64,000 nt of DNA from an uncultured candidate division Zixibacteria bacterium (GCA_963713865.1 OY970208.1:1248001-1312000); one strand, 5' to 3'. Positions 32,195 through 43,420 are shown, numbered from the stretch's first letter. Made by a program: numbers and translations. Notes: generated from the letters alone by a model not told the origin.

Positions 32195-33760
32195 ATGGAA
32201 TACAAAGGTAGGATCATCGGGAAAAGTATTACCGAGATTTATTTCCGGACTTTTTATGAGGAGGAGCTTCATTTAGGGGATATTTTGGTGGCGCAGGATG
32301 AGGAAAAGAATCTTCCTTTCTATCTAAGGGTGGTGGAGGTTAGTTACGGAGTCGAAGCAACTGATCCGGACTGGGCTTCCCGCACTGCGGGGAATATGAT
32401 GCTCCTGGACCGGCAGAATGAGTCCTACCAGTTTCAGGAAAAGGAAAGGAGACTTTTCAAAATCGGGAAGTGTGTTCCCTTAGGTTATGTTAAGAACAAT
32501 CAGTTCAGAAAACCGAAAACCATACCGGAACATTTTTCCAGAGTTCGCACTCCAGACAATGAAGATTTTCTTTTCCTGAAAAAATATATGGGGGATATAG
32601 AAATTGGGCAACTGCGTTCCGGCGTAGAGATAATTGATTTCAAAATAGGAATCTCCGGAGAGCTTTTTCCCTATCATATCGGATTATTCGCTACCACCGG
32701 TATGGGAAAAAGTAACTTGATGAAGGTGTTAGCCAGTTCAGTTTTAGAATCGGGCAAATACGGAATGCTGATTCTGGACCCGCATGGCGAATATTATGAT
32801 GGAGGCGGTGACCCGAAACATAAGGGGTTGATTGATCATCCCTTAGCAAAAGAATGGCTGAGAGTCTATTCTTCCAGAGATTTGAAAGGTCCTTATAATA
32901 AACTCAAGATAAGTTCCAGGGAAATAGAGATCAAGGATGTCAGGCAGATCTACGGATTCACACAGGCACAGGTAGAGGCGTTATATGCCTTAGCTCATCA
33001 TTTCGGGAGGGATTGGCTGGAGGGACTGAAGAGAAGCTCCATTCAAGAGCTGGCGATGAGCTTGTCCTCTGGCGGTGCTTTTTTTGAATCGACTATCGGG
33101 GTAATACAGAGAAGGGCTGAACAGATATTAAGGCTTCCATTTGTACATGGCGACCCGAATGTTTCAATTACTTTAAATGTGATTAATGACCTCGCTTCAG
33201 GCAAAGTGATTTTAATCGACACTTCCAATATGTCAGAACAGGAGGAGCTTTTGATCTCAGCGGTTCTGGCACGGGCGGTTTTCTCCAGGAATAAAGAAGC
33301 ATATCAAGACCCGGCTAAGTTTAAGAAGATTCTGCCTACTTTGATCGTGATGGAAGAAGCCCAGAGAGTTTTATCTCAAAAGGGCGAAGCGGATATTAAT
33401 ATTTTTGCTCAAATCTCAAGAGAAGGAAGGAAATTCAAGACCGGGCTTTGTGCCATTACTCAACAGCCGAAACTGATCGATGAAGAGCTTTTGTCCCAGT
33501 TCAATACCCTTTTCATTTTGGGTTTAGCAGATGAGCGTGATAGGAATATCCTGAAAAGCTCTGCTAAGCAGGATATCTCCGATTTAGGAACAGAGATTCA
33601 GATGTTGGAAGCAGGGGAGGCTTTGATCACCTCGCCTCAAGCACCTTTTGCCATACCAGCTAAGGTTTACTTATTTGAAGAATGGCTAAAGGAAAGAAAA
33701 AACGTTTCGAAAGATAAGAATTCCTTGGATGTAAAAGTGGATGAGGGGTTTTTTAAGTAA
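32195..33760 (+). CDS. herA: HerA helicase/ATPase (HAS barrel plus DUF87)
   Basis: HIGLFATTGMGKSN (Walker A), ILDPHGEY, VMEEAQR (Walker B) and REGRKF..GLCAITQQP. Confidence 0.9.
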   Translation: MEYKGRIIGKSITEIYFRTFYEEELHLGDILVAQDEEKNLPFYLRVVEVSYGVEATDPDWASRTAGNMMLLDRQNESYQFQEKERRLFKIGKCVPLGYVKNNQFRKPKTIPEHFSRVRTPDNEDFLFLKKYMGDIEIGQLRSGVEIIDFKIGISGELFPYHIGLFATTGMGKSNLMKVLASSVLESGKYGMLILDPHGEYYDGGGDPKHKGLIDHPLAKEWLRVYSSRDLKGPYNKLKISSREIEIKDVRQIYGFTQAQVEALYALAHHFGRDWLEGLKRSSIQELAMSLSSGGAFFESTIGVIQRRAEQILRLPFVHGDPNVSITLNVINDLASGKVILIDTSNMSEQEELLISAVLARAVFSRNKEAYQDPAKFKKILPTLIVMEEAQRVLSQKGEADINIFAQISREGRKFKTGLCAITQQPKLIDEELLSQFNTLFILGLADERDRNILKSSAKQDISDLGTEIQMLEAGEALITSPQAPFAIPAKVYLFEEWLKERKNVSKDKNSLDVKVDEGFFK

Positions 33761-34054
33761 GGTTAGATGTGAGATGGAAGATGTGAGACGAAAAAAAGGT
33801 TCAAAAGTTCAGATGTCCGAAGGTTCAGGGGGGAAAGAATTAATCATAGAACAAAAAAGGGAAGAAAAGTTATTCAATCAGATATTTTCTACTTTTAGAT
33901 TTTTAAAATAGTAAAAGGACAGAATCCACCTGAGGCGGATTCAGTTCCTACACATTCTGGCATCGTCACGGACTATGCACTCCAAAAAAGGGCGAGTGAA
34001 CCTCGCCCTTACAAATACATTTAAATGTCGGGCGTAAAGCCCAACGCTACATTT

Positions 34055-34804
34055 TTATTTTGCGATTCTCCTTTTTACTTTGCTCCAGGATGAGGTGGTG
34101 AGGAAGCTTTCTTCCATATTGCCTATCATCCGGGTGAATTTGTTTATCGGCACTGAGAAGGTTAAGGTCTCTTCGGGAACGCAGGGGCGGGCTGAGACAT
34201 CGAACATTCCCAAAACTGCTCGAGGGTGGTCTGAGTTTTTTTCAAGATAAGGATATTGAACGATTGAGCCGCAGCCAGCAGAAAACGGAGCAATTACTCC
34301 ACTGGATTCAACCTCATCAAAACTGGTCAGTGTAAAAAGCCCGGACAGGACATCAGGTGGTGAGAAAAAGATAACCACCTCAGGATGATCAAAATCATCA
34401 AGCTTATCCCATCTCTTGAAAATTATATATTTCGCTGGCGCTTTGAACTCCGGCATTTTTTTCATAATTTCTTTTACCATTTCCGGTGTTTTTTTGTAGC
34501 GCTCCCCTTCAAGTTTTCCGGGAATACCGCAGGAAAGGAAATACTCGAAATTCGGTCTTAGTGTCCGGGTAAATCCAAGGTATCTTTTTCCTCCTGCACA
34601 TCCAATGTTATCAACGCTGAAACAGCGAGATTTTCCCTTGCGCACGGGCGATAATGCACAGATCAGGCACCTGGTCTTAGGAGATAGTTTTGCTTCCTCA
34701 ATCTTTTTTACCTCGTCAGTATAATAGAAAGTTATTGGGAGATCTGCCCCATCAAAATATTTTTTCCAGAGCTGGGTAAATTTTGTTTTGATTTTCATAT
34801 CCAT
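34055..34804 (-). CDS. DUF169 family protein
   Basis: GCAGGKRYLGF, EGERYKKTPE, PFSAGCGSIV and GMFDVSARP. Start set after the GGAGG RBS. Confidence 0.75.
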   Translation of the reverse strand: MDMKIKTKFTQLWKKYFDGADLPITFYYTDEVKKIEEAKLSPKTRCLICALSPVRKGKSRCFSVDNIGCAGGKRYLGFTRTLRPNFEYFLSCGIPGKLEGERYKKTPEMVKEIMKKMPEFKAPAKYIIFKRWDKLDDFDHPEVVIFFSPPDVLSGLFTLTSFDEVESSGVIAPFSAGCGSIVQYPYLEKNSDHPRAVLGMFDVSARPCVPEETLTFSVPINKFTRMIGNMEESFLTTSSWSKVKRRIAK

Positions 34805-35095
34805 AAATTGTTTCCTCCGATAGAAATTATTCTTTCTGATAGAAATGACCAACTATAGTAATATTAGGTAGTTATCTATTTTAAGTCAAGTTTAAAATTT
34901 CTTGACTTCAAATCTTTTCCACCTTGAGGGAATGTGGGGTTACCAATTTGGTGGAACAGACCTCTGGTCTGTTCTCAGGGATCAGACAGGAATGTCTGAC
35001 CTACTAATTCCTACATTGGGAGTAAGGTGGGGTTACCGATTATTTATATCGAGCAGAAAAAACAGGTCACACGGCTGAAAGCTGCTCTACAAACA

Positions 35096-36415
35096 CTATA
35101 TCCCACTGAACTGCACATCTTTAAAATAGAGACTGGGCAGTCTTAGGGAGGAATATAGGTAAGGGTCGTTTCCCACTTCCACCAGCTGATTTAAGAACTC
35201 TGTAAAATTCCCGGAGATGTTCATCTCGTGCACCGGTTTTACGATTTCACCATTCTCCACATACATCCCGATAATCCCGAATGAGAAATCACCAGTGGTG
35301 GAGTTGGAATTCCCTCCTATGAATCCGGTAACTAGAATCCCTTTTTTCATACTCTTGACCATCTCATCCAACGATTTTGTGCCATAATCTGTGATGATAT
35401 TTGCTGCAGAACCTGAGGTAGGCTCCATCCCCAACTTTTTACCGTAATAAGTATCTATATAATAACTTTTCAAAACACCGTTATCCAATATCACCCTTCT
35501 CTTAGCTGCCATCCCCTCTCCGTCAAACAGTCTTGAACCCAGACCAGAGAGGACAAAGGGGTCATCTATCAGGGTGAGTTTATCCGAGCCGATTTTCTGT
35601 CCTAACTTCCCTTCCAAAAAGGAGCTTTTCTGTTGAAGTGCGTAGCCGCTCATCGGTTCAGACAGGGAGTAGAAAATCCTCCAGTTGACCCGGTTCTCAA
35701 CTACCACATCATATAAGCCAGACTGCAGTTTAACCTGTCCTAATTTATTTAAGGCGCGTTTAACTGCTGATTTTGCCAAAACCTCTGAAGCTGGTAAATC
35801 CTTATGGAAACGAACCGTGCGCCAGTCCCAATCTTCAGGTCTGCTTTTTTCGTCCTGCACAGTTACCTCTGCTCCGGCAGAAAAGATCGTACCCCGGTTC
35901 TCCCCCTCAAATCCGTTGCTGTGAACTTTTGTCGATTCAAAGAAAGTGTCAGAATAACCTGCGGTGCAGGATATGATTTTATCGCTCTGAGAGGAGGCAA
36001 TTTTCTCGATTTCTCCTGCGGTTTTCACTCTCTGTTCGGGGGTGACCTTTTCATAGTCCGGGTCATAAATCTGCAGGTCAACTTTCTTCTGCCCTTCGTA
36101 ATATTTTGGGTCCGGGAGGGAGCGAAAAGGGTCCTGGCTCAAATATTTGGTCATCGAGACTGTTTCCGGGATAAGGCTTGAAAGGGAGTCTTTGCGGGTG
36201 TCATTAGTGGAATTGCTGGAATAACGCTGAGTTACATAGACAGACAGACTTAAGGAGCTTTCTTTTGACTCCTTGAGTTTTTCCAGTTTACCGTCTCTAT
36301 ATTCCACCTGAATGTTCCTGTTGGTGGAAACATTGACTGCCACCTCATCGGCACCGCTTTTCTTAGCCTGTGTCACTGCCCAGTGAGCTAACTCCAATCT
36401 TTCTTTTCTATTCAT
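35096..36415 (-). CDS. pmbA: TldE/PmbA family protein
   Basis: DDPFVLSGLGSRLFDGEG, NSTTGDFSFG and PVHEMNISGN; lacks HExxxH; follows tldD. Confidence 0.85.
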   Translation of the reverse strand: MNRKERLELAHWAVTQAKKSGADEVAVNVSTNRNIQVEYRDGKLEKLKESKESSLSLSVYVTQRYSSNSTNDTRKDSLSSLIPETVSMTKYLSQDPFRSLPDPKYYEGQKKVDLQIYDPDYEKVTPEQRVKTAGEIEKIASSQSDKIISCTAGYSDTFFESTKVHSNGFEGENRGTIFSAGAEVTVQDEKSRPEDWDWRTVRFHKDLPASEVLAKSAVKRALNKLGQVKLQSGLYDVVVENRVNWRIFYSLSEPMSGYALQQKSSFLEGKLGQKIGSDKLTLIDDPFVLSGLGSRLFDGEGMAAKRRVILDNGVLKSYYIDTYYGKKLGMEPTSGSAANIITDYGTKSLDEMVKSMKKGILVTGFIGGNSNSTTGDFSFGIIGMYVENGEIVKPVHEMNISGNFTEFLNQLVEVGNDPYLYSSLRLPSLYFKDVQFSGI

Positions 36416-36473
36416 ATCTCTAACCCTGTTTTTTGAAGTTATCGAAGTTTTTTTGAAAGCTAACGTTTTAGTT

Positions 36474-38015
36474 TTATGAGGTTACTCCTCCTACCGTTAT
36501 GGCCGAGACTTTGGTGGTTGGAAGACCATCTGAAACCGGAACTCCCTGGCCATCTTTGCCACAGGTTCCTCCACCCTCCTCTAATTTGAAGTCATCTGCA
36601 ACCATTACTATCCTTTTAAGCACCTCAGGACCATTCCCGATTATATTTACATCTTTGACCGGTCGGGTCAGTTTGCCATCCTCAATCAGAGACCCTGATT
36701 TGACATAAAAAGTAAAATCTCCTGCCCCTATATGCACTTCACCGTTGGTAAATGATTCCGCATACAGTCCCTTTTTCACGCTCTGGATTATCTCCTCCCT
36801 GGTATGGGGACCGGGAAGCATATAGGTATTTCTCATTCGCGGAATGGGAGGGTGGCGGAAAGACTCTCTTCTTGCGTTTCCAGTAGGCTTGACTTTATAA
36901 TGCTTTGAGCTGATATAATCGTGCATATAGCTTTTCAGGATTCCGTTTTCGACCAGGAAGGTTTTCTCGGTGATATTCCCCTCATCATCTATGTTGATCG
37001 ATCCGCGGGAATTAGGATAGGTGCCGTCATCCACTATACTGACAAAGCTTTCCGCCACCTTCTGATTCATTTTATCCGAGAAGATCGAAATTTTCTTGCG
37101 GTTAAAATCCGCTTCCATACCATGTCCGATTGCCTCGTGCAGAAGAATGCCTGAGTTACCTGCAGCCAGAACCACCTCCATCTCCCCTCCTTCAGGCTTC
37201 ACCGCCTCAAATAAAGCCACAGTTCTTCTGACTGCTTCATCTGCCAGAAGATTTTCCCTTTCAGAAGTGTAGTACTCGATCCCCTGACGTCCACCCAAAC
37301 CGTAATAGTTCTGTTCCTTTCTTACATCCTCCTCGGCATTGCATGAAACATAAATCATAGTCATCGGCTGATAATCATAGGCAATTTTACCCTCCGAGTC
37401 TGCTACCAGGATATAGGTGCTCTCGTCATTGAACCAGATCTGGGACTTAATCACCCTTTTATCATTAGCAAATACTCTATCATTTATCTTCTGAAGGTAA
37501 GGAATTTTCTTATCTATTTTGACTTCTTCCCACGGGTTTTCAATCGGATAATAATTAGGTGCAGGATTTAGTTTTAACTCCTGAGGAGGTAAATTCCTAC
37601 TCTGGCTGGCTATGTTAGCTGCGGTTTTGGCAGCCAGTTTCATCGCCTGTGGAGAAAGGTCTTCAGTAAAAGAGTAACCTGTCTGCTCACCTTCAATTAC
37701 CCGAATCCCCACCCCGTAATCCACATCGGTGTAGGCTCGGTTGACTGATTTATCCTCCAGACCTATCCAGTTAGTGATGCGGTGCTGGAAGAAGATATCG
37801 CAGTAATCTCCACCTTTCTCCAGGGCTGCTGCCATAACCTCCCTTATAATCTTCTCATCCACCCCGAAGTGTCTATAGTAATCGCTTAACTTTCCATCTT
37901 CTCCCGGGGAAGAAAAAGCCAGCAAGGGGTCTGCCTTGAAGATAAAAGGAATCGTGGCAAAAGCCACCCCCTGGGCACTCCATTTCAAAAACTCCCGGCG
38001 TTTGATCTTATCCAT
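36474..38015 (-). CDS. tldD: TldD metalloprotease with Tat signal
   Basis: LLHEAIGHGMEAD, IDDEG, TGNARRES, PRMRNTYM and GTCGKDGQGVPV; N-terminal KRREFLK. Confidence 0.92.
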   Translation of the reverse strand: MDKIKRREFLKWSAQGVAFATIPFIFKADPLLAFSSPGEDGKLSDYYRHFGVDEKIIREVMAAALEKGGDYCDIFFQHRITNWIGLEDKSVNRAYTDVDYGVGIRVIEGEQTGYSFTEDLSPQAMKLAAKTAANIASQSRNLPPQELKLNPAPNYYPIENPWEEVKIDKKIPYLQKINDRVFANDKRVIKSQIWFNDESTYILVADSEGKIAYDYQPMTMIYVSCNAEEDVRKEQNYYGLGGRQGIEYYTSERENLLADEAVRRTVALFEAVKPEGGEMEVVLAAGNSGILLHEAIGHGMEADFNRKKISIFSDKMNQKVAESFVSIVDDGTYPNSRGSINIDDEGNITEKTFLVENGILKSYMHDYISSKHYKVKPTGNARRESFRHPPIPRMRNTYMLPGPHTREEIIQSVKKGLYAESFTNGEVHIGAGDFTFYVKSGSLIEDGKLTRPVKDVNIIGNGPEVLKRIVMVADDFKLEEGGGTCGKDGQGVPVSDGLPTTKVSAITVGGVTS

Positions 38016-38259
38016 ATCCTATCCTCCATCAATTTTTTAAAAGGTTAACTCCTGATATTTTGATTTGGGAAACTATTATCGGCTGGGGTGTTTATATAAA
38101 GCATCATTATAAAGAGGTAAGGCAAAAAGTTATACTCAACTTATTTTACGATAAAAGATAGAAAAAGTTCTATTTTTTAAAGTTAGGACAGGGATAAGCC
38201 CTGTCCCTACAAAAAACTCTTTTTTAAAAAGCCTATAGAAACACCATTTTACCGTGATT

Positions 38260-40690
38260 TTATAAGTTCCACCAGTAATTGATTTTCAATAAGAAAGTAT
38301 TTCCGGGCACTGTATCGAAAAGGTTGTTCCAGTCGCGTTTGAATTTGAAATTACCGATATTTTCAGCAGTTTCGCGGGATTGAGTCCAGACTAAGAACAG
38401 GGTGCTTCCCGGTCGATATTCCCAGCGTAAGACCACGTTGGAGTTGAAAGACTTCCAGTTGAAATCTGGCTGGTAATCTCTTTCGTTGAAAACGGTTGAA
38501 TCCACATATTCATATTTGTCCGGAGGGATGAATCTTTTGAAGTTGTTATAATCCACTGCAGCAATGAAGGGTTGGGCATAGACCTGTAAGGTCAGATCTT
38601 TGGTAAAGGTGAAAGTTCCCCTTAAGGTCATATCGAATCGTTTAACTTCCTCCTCGCCAAAGGATGTCATCAATCCTGTTGCCATCGCTATCTGTGAGAT
38701 AAGTTAGCCATCTGGAAACGCCCCGGGAATGCATATAGCCGGGACCACCGCTGAATTCGAGATTAGATTTAGGAGTGAAATTGAACCAGAGGCCATAGTA
38801 ATTATAATGTCCATCCTTGGTATCTCCACCCTCTATATTTGGATTAAACTGCCACCATTTTCTGCTATCTGTATTCAACCAGAACCAATAGCTTTGTCCC
38901 CAGGGGATTTTGACTGTCGGTCCACCTCTGGTCTCACGGTCATCATAGGTAACATCAAAATCTAACCAGGTTCCACCACCAAAATTCCAGTTATTTACCA
39001 GCTCTATAGAGTTATTGAAATTCCATCCCTGGTTCAGTCTCAACCCGGATAAATTTTCAGTGATGTCAAGGTTGAAATTATTATAGGTTTTGCTTATAAG
39101 CCACCATTTTTTTGTGGTTTTGTATTGCAGCCAGGCTTCGATTTCTTTGAAGCCAGAACGTCTAAAAAATCCCAGGTGATTCAACTGTAGTTTATCATCA
39201 ACATATAGTCCCTCTATCGTTCCAAGGATATGCTCTCCGCCTTCCTTGTTAAAACTTAACCATCCACCATAGCCATCCTGCTCGGGTTCGGTTCTGGAAC
39301 CCACCATCTGCCCTTTAAAACTATAATCGCCTTTATGAAAGCGTAAAGTCCAGTCTACTCCTCCGGTTTAGGCAGGTTGAAAGCTTTTCTGATTAACTGC
39401 GGTTAACATTACTCCCACAGTAGAATTTCTTAAAATATCCTGCATAACCCGACCTACAAAGTAGTTTGCTTCTGGTTCTATGACCTCTGTTTTTCGATAA
39501 CCGTCTTCGTGCATAAACTCCGCTTTTTCCCTTTGAGTTACTGCCTCCAAAATCCCGATGGAAGTTCCACCTTTTGTTTTTCCACTGAGTTTCCCTGCAG
39601 CTAAGATCGTGGTGGAACTGGGCTTTTTAAGATAGTAATCTACACCATCTGGTATCTGAGAGGGCATTTTTCCAATACGGCGAGAATAAAAGAGGTCTGC
39701 CGGGGTCTCAAATATCTTGAATCCTTCAAGGAAAAAAGGGCGTTTTTCTTGATAAAAGGTTTCGAAAGTCGTCAGGTTCAGGACAGTCTGGTCTGCTTCT
39801 ACCTGACCGAAATCGGGATTTACCGTAGCATCCAAGGTTATATTGGAGGTGATACCATATTTGAGGTCAAATCCCACGTTTCCAAAGAAATCCCTGCCAT
39901 CCGGATTACCCAGATTTTTAGGTTCGGTCTGTTCGTAAGAGACAGCATAGGGGAGTACTTCTAATCTTTTTGGAGCGGGGATTTTATCCAATCCTTTCAA
40001 ATGACCGAAATGAGAAACAAAACCGCTTGCTTTTTCCGGGATATAGACCCACCGGTCCAGTTCATTGTTGTGTCTTATCTGCCGGCTAAAGTAAATCCCC
40101 CAGACCGGGTTTTGCTCAGAAGCAAAGCGTAAGCAGTGAAAAGGGATTTTAAATTCAGCAGTCCAGCCGGAACTGGTTCTACGGGCAGCAGAGTCCCAGA
40201 TGCCATCCCAGGAGTCATCGCTCCAGTTGTCATTATAGTAATATGAGTCCTTCTGCGTTCCAGACACATATAAGGTGAAAGCATAAGCGGTTTGGTGGTC
40301 GTGGTGGCTATCTATTATCACGTTGAACAGGTCATTATCTGCCCACCTATCCCTTCGGGTTAACCGGCTGATGATTTTGTCCGGCTTTGAATCGTATAAA
40401 TCTACACCTACATATAGAGCATCATCGTCATATGCTACCCTGACGAATGTGGATTCTGTGGCAGGTTTTCCTTCATCCGGCTGATACTGGATGAAATCCC
40501 CTGAGCGAGGTGCTTGTTGCCAGAAGTTCTCATCCAGCACGCCATCTATTTTTGCTCCCTCATTAATACGGATAGCGGTGATGCTTTTAACAGTATCCTC
40601 GTCTGTTTTTTGAGCTAAGATATTTGTAGAGCTTAAATCAAGGGAAAAGAAGAATGCTAAAAAAGTGAAGATCCGCTTGCAACTTTGCAT
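38260..40690 (-). CDS. CBM9-like plus DUF5916 outer-membrane protein; in-frame TAA at 39368-39370 and frameshift at about 38660
   Basis: IDGVLDE..W, WTAEFKIPF, TVNPDFGQVEAD, EKRPFFLEG, FYSRRIG and VLRWEYRPGSTLFLVW. The three ORF pieces are collinear. Confidence 0.85.
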
Positions 40691-41014
40691 TTCAGTTCCC
40701 TCAGGTTTTGTTTGATTTTTCCAAGGAACATTGCTTAGAGATCAGGGAATTCATCCCTTATTCGATATATCTCTTTATACTTAAATAACAATTGAAAGGT
40801 TTCTTAATTTTGAGATATTTTAAAGTAATAAACCTCAATGAATATTATTATATTTTCCCGTCAGGTCAGTGGACCTGCTGGACACAAGAATACCTTTAAT
40901 ATATGCAGAGTGCTTCGTCGTTCCCTACGGGGTCTCCCCGCAATGACAGGGTCCTGCCGGGCAAAATCGATATTTTCTCAATGGTAAAAAATAAAAGGTG
41001 AAAGTATATAAAAT

Positions 41015-41265
41015 AAGTCTAAAGGCTATAGGCTAAAGTCTAAAGTCAAAAATCTAATAGCGAACACTAAAAATAGCCTCACAGCAGATTAAAGGGATTA
41101 AGCTGAAAAATACTTCAAAGAAGAAGGCTAAAATCTAAAGGCTAAAGGCAAAAGGCGAAAAAAATGACTGATGTCGGATGACGGATAAAAGAAAAAAAGT
41201 TAAAAGATAAAAATATTCTAAAGTCTAAAAATCAAAAAGCTAACAGCTAAACGCTAATAGCGAAG
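41015..41265 (+). repeat. A-rich heptamer tandem arrays (AAAGTCT/AAAGGCT/AATAGCG/TGACGGA variants)
   Basis: For example TAAGTCT AAAGGCT ATAGGCT AAAGTCT AAAGTCA AAAATCT. Related arrays at about 41700, 41939, 45371, 49451 and 50380. Confidence 0.8.
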
Positions 41266-41278
41266 AAAGGAGGAAAAA

Positions 41279-41698
41279 ATGGGAATAAGGGAACAGGATT
41301 TAGAGGTGACCGGGGCGATTTATGCTACTTTTTCCATTAAACAAACTTCAGGTATGGATGACCTAAAAGACCAGGATTTGGGAAAGGCAGTACAAATAAC
41401 TTCTGGCAATACGGTTGGTCCATCCACAGATGGGTCGATGGTTCTGGGTAAGTTAGTGGATTTATCATTGACCGATGCGGACAATGGTAAGAGGGTGGCT
41501 ACTGTTCAGCTTAAAGGGATTATGACGCTACCTATTACAACAACTTATCCGGTGGTAGGAAATCGGGTAGTGGGTGGAGCGAACGGAACCGTAAGGCAAG
41601 CTCCAGTTTTGACCGGGTATGATCCGGCTGGAGGGAATTTAGCCAGAGGAACGGTTATTGCGGTGAGTGGGACAATGGAATGTACGCTTATTCTATAA
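41279..41698 (+). CDS. Putative capsid decoration/cement protein
   Basis: 139 aa; GKAVQITSGNTVG...ATVQLKG...GTVIAV. Lies directly before the major capsid gene; AAGGAGG RBS. Confidence 0.65.
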   Translation: MGIREQDLEVTGAIYATFSIKQTSGMDDLKDQDLGKAVQITSGNTVGPSTDGSMVLGKLVDLSLTDADNGKRVATVQLKGIMTLPITTTYPVVGNRVVGGANGTVRQAPVLTGYDPAGGNLARGTVIAVSGTMECTLIL

Positions 41699-42088
41699 AA
41701 AAGTCTAAAGGCTATAGTCTAAAGGCAAAAGGCGAAAACAAATGACTGATGTCGGAGGGTGAATGACGGATGAAAGATAAAGGGAAAAGGAAGATGATAA
41801 AAGTTCAAGGGAAGAAGAAAAGATGCTGTCATTGCGAGAAGTCCCCATAGGGGACGACGAAGCAATCTACTCAGTATAGACAGGTTGCTTCGTCTCGCCT
41901 CCGGCAGCGGACTCGCAATGACAGGCAGATAAGATCATTAGGCTAAAGTCTAAAGGTTATAGTCTAAGGTCCTTAGATCAAAAAGCGAATAGCTAGTCAC
42001 GAAAGAAAAAACCAGGAGTGCGAAAGCTTGCTTTTGCTGATTTCGAAAAGCATCAGCACGCTGATGCTCTCCAGAGAAAGGAGAAAAA

Positions 42089-43210
42089 ATGGAATTAGAA
42101 AAATTGCTTCTGGAGATGGATAGATCTCCACATCTGGCTAAACTCTTAGAATTAGCTTCAAAGGAGAAGCCAATCCCTGCAAGTTTAGACCTGGCCAGGG
42201 CTAAAAGCTTAAAATTGGGGCAGGAGACTTATTTAGAGGCACAGAATAGAGGGGTCAGCTTGTCTGAGCTTTTAGAGACTGAGGAGTATGATCCATCGCC
42301 CATCGATTCACCTCTAGATGCATTTGAAAGACAACTTTTAGTCCACGATGTTAAAGTAGGCGGTAGAAATCCTGTAACCGTGGAGATGTTCTACCAGGGC
42401 GCACCAGCACTTCTTCCTGAATTTATGCTCCGGGAGATAAAGCAGGGGCAGAAGATGAGGCCTGAATTATCAAAGTTCTTAGCTTCATCTGCTCAGATTT
42501 CCAATTCACGTTATACCCCTTTTTATGTAAATGTTATGCCTTCGCAGAAAAAGCTTTCTTTGAGACCTATCGGGGATCAGGTAGAAATTCCAACTATCTC
42601 TATTGCTGAGCAGGAGCATACGATCGTTGTTCCGGATTATGGTGTTACTTTGAAGACCTCTTACAAGGCTTTGAGGTCCAGGACCACTGCTCAGTTTAAA
42701 GTACTCTTATGGTATATCGGTTTCAGACTACAAGCGGATAAGATGGGTCTGGTGGTTAATACTATCATCAACGGGGATGGGAACAGCAACTCTTCCACAG
42801 TTTTTAATACAGCCACTTCCGGCTCTCTGCTCTATTCAGATTTGATCAGTTTATGGAACGAGTTTTTCCCTTTTGAGATGAATACGATTGTCTGTCATAA
42901 AAACCTTTTGCGCACTATCCTGACGATGAGCGAATTCAAAGACCCGATGGCAGGTTTCAATTTTCAGAGAACCGGAGAGTTAGTTTCTCCTTTGGGCTCG
43001 ACTTTGATAAGGTGCGATGATGTTCCTACAGATTTAGTTATCGGACTGGATAATCGCTTTGCGATTGAGGAGGTAATAACCCAGCCTCTAATGGTGGAAT
43101 ATGATAAGGTGATCGAGCAGAAGTTAGAGGAGGCGGTTATCTCCGAATCGGTAGCTTATGCGAAGGTGATTAAAAAGGCATCGCTGGTTCTGGACACGGT
43201 CTGGACGTAA
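42089..43210 (+). CDS. Phage major capsid protein (HK97 fold)
   Basis: LDAFERQL, ALLPEFMLREI, YGVTLKTSYKALR, VVNTIINGDGNSN, MSEFKDP and EYDKVIEQKLEEAVIS match a recognisable major capsid family. Intact 373 aa. Confidence 0.85.
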   Translation: MELEKLLLEMDRSPHLAKLLELASKEKPIPASLDLARAKSLKLGQETYLEAQNRGVSLSELLETEEYDPSPIDSPLDAFERQLLVHDVKVGGRNPVTVEMFYQGAPALLPEFMLREIKQGQKMRPELSKFLASSAQISNSRYTPFYVNVMPSQKKLSLRPIGDQVEIPTISIAEQEHTIVVPDYGVTLKTSYKALRSRTTAQFKVLLWYIGFRLQADKMGLVVNTIINGDGNSNSSTVFNTATSGSLLYSDLISLWNEFFPFEMNTIVCHKNLLRTILTMSEFKDPMAGFNFQRTGELVSPLGSTLIRCDDVPTDLVIGLDNRFAIEEVITQPLMVEYDKVIEQKLEEAVISESVAYAKVIKKASLVLDTVWT

Positions 43211-43420
43211 AAGAAAGGTTTAAAGGTTCAAAAGTTCAAGGAAAAAAGATAAAGGAAAATGAAAGAAGGAAAATAAAAAAAAATTACGGATTTTGAATTT
43301 TGAATGATGGCTGAATTCACGTAGGGGAGGGGCTTGTCCCCTCCCCTTTTTTTCGCCCCAACGCGGGCGACCACAGGGGGTTGCCCCTACCACTTCTATC
43401 TTCCATTTGTCATTGTTTTT

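Noticed and set aside
41015-42000. CRISPR array
   Set aside because: The repeats are degenerate 7-mers and one pair of direct repeats, without regular unique spacers; no cas genes are present.
42089-43210. Encapsulin nanocompartment shell
   Set aside because: The gene is accompanied by decoration, protease, scaffold and lysis-type genes, and no typical cargo enzyme is adjacent. A phage-type capsid fits better, though this was not tested structurally.
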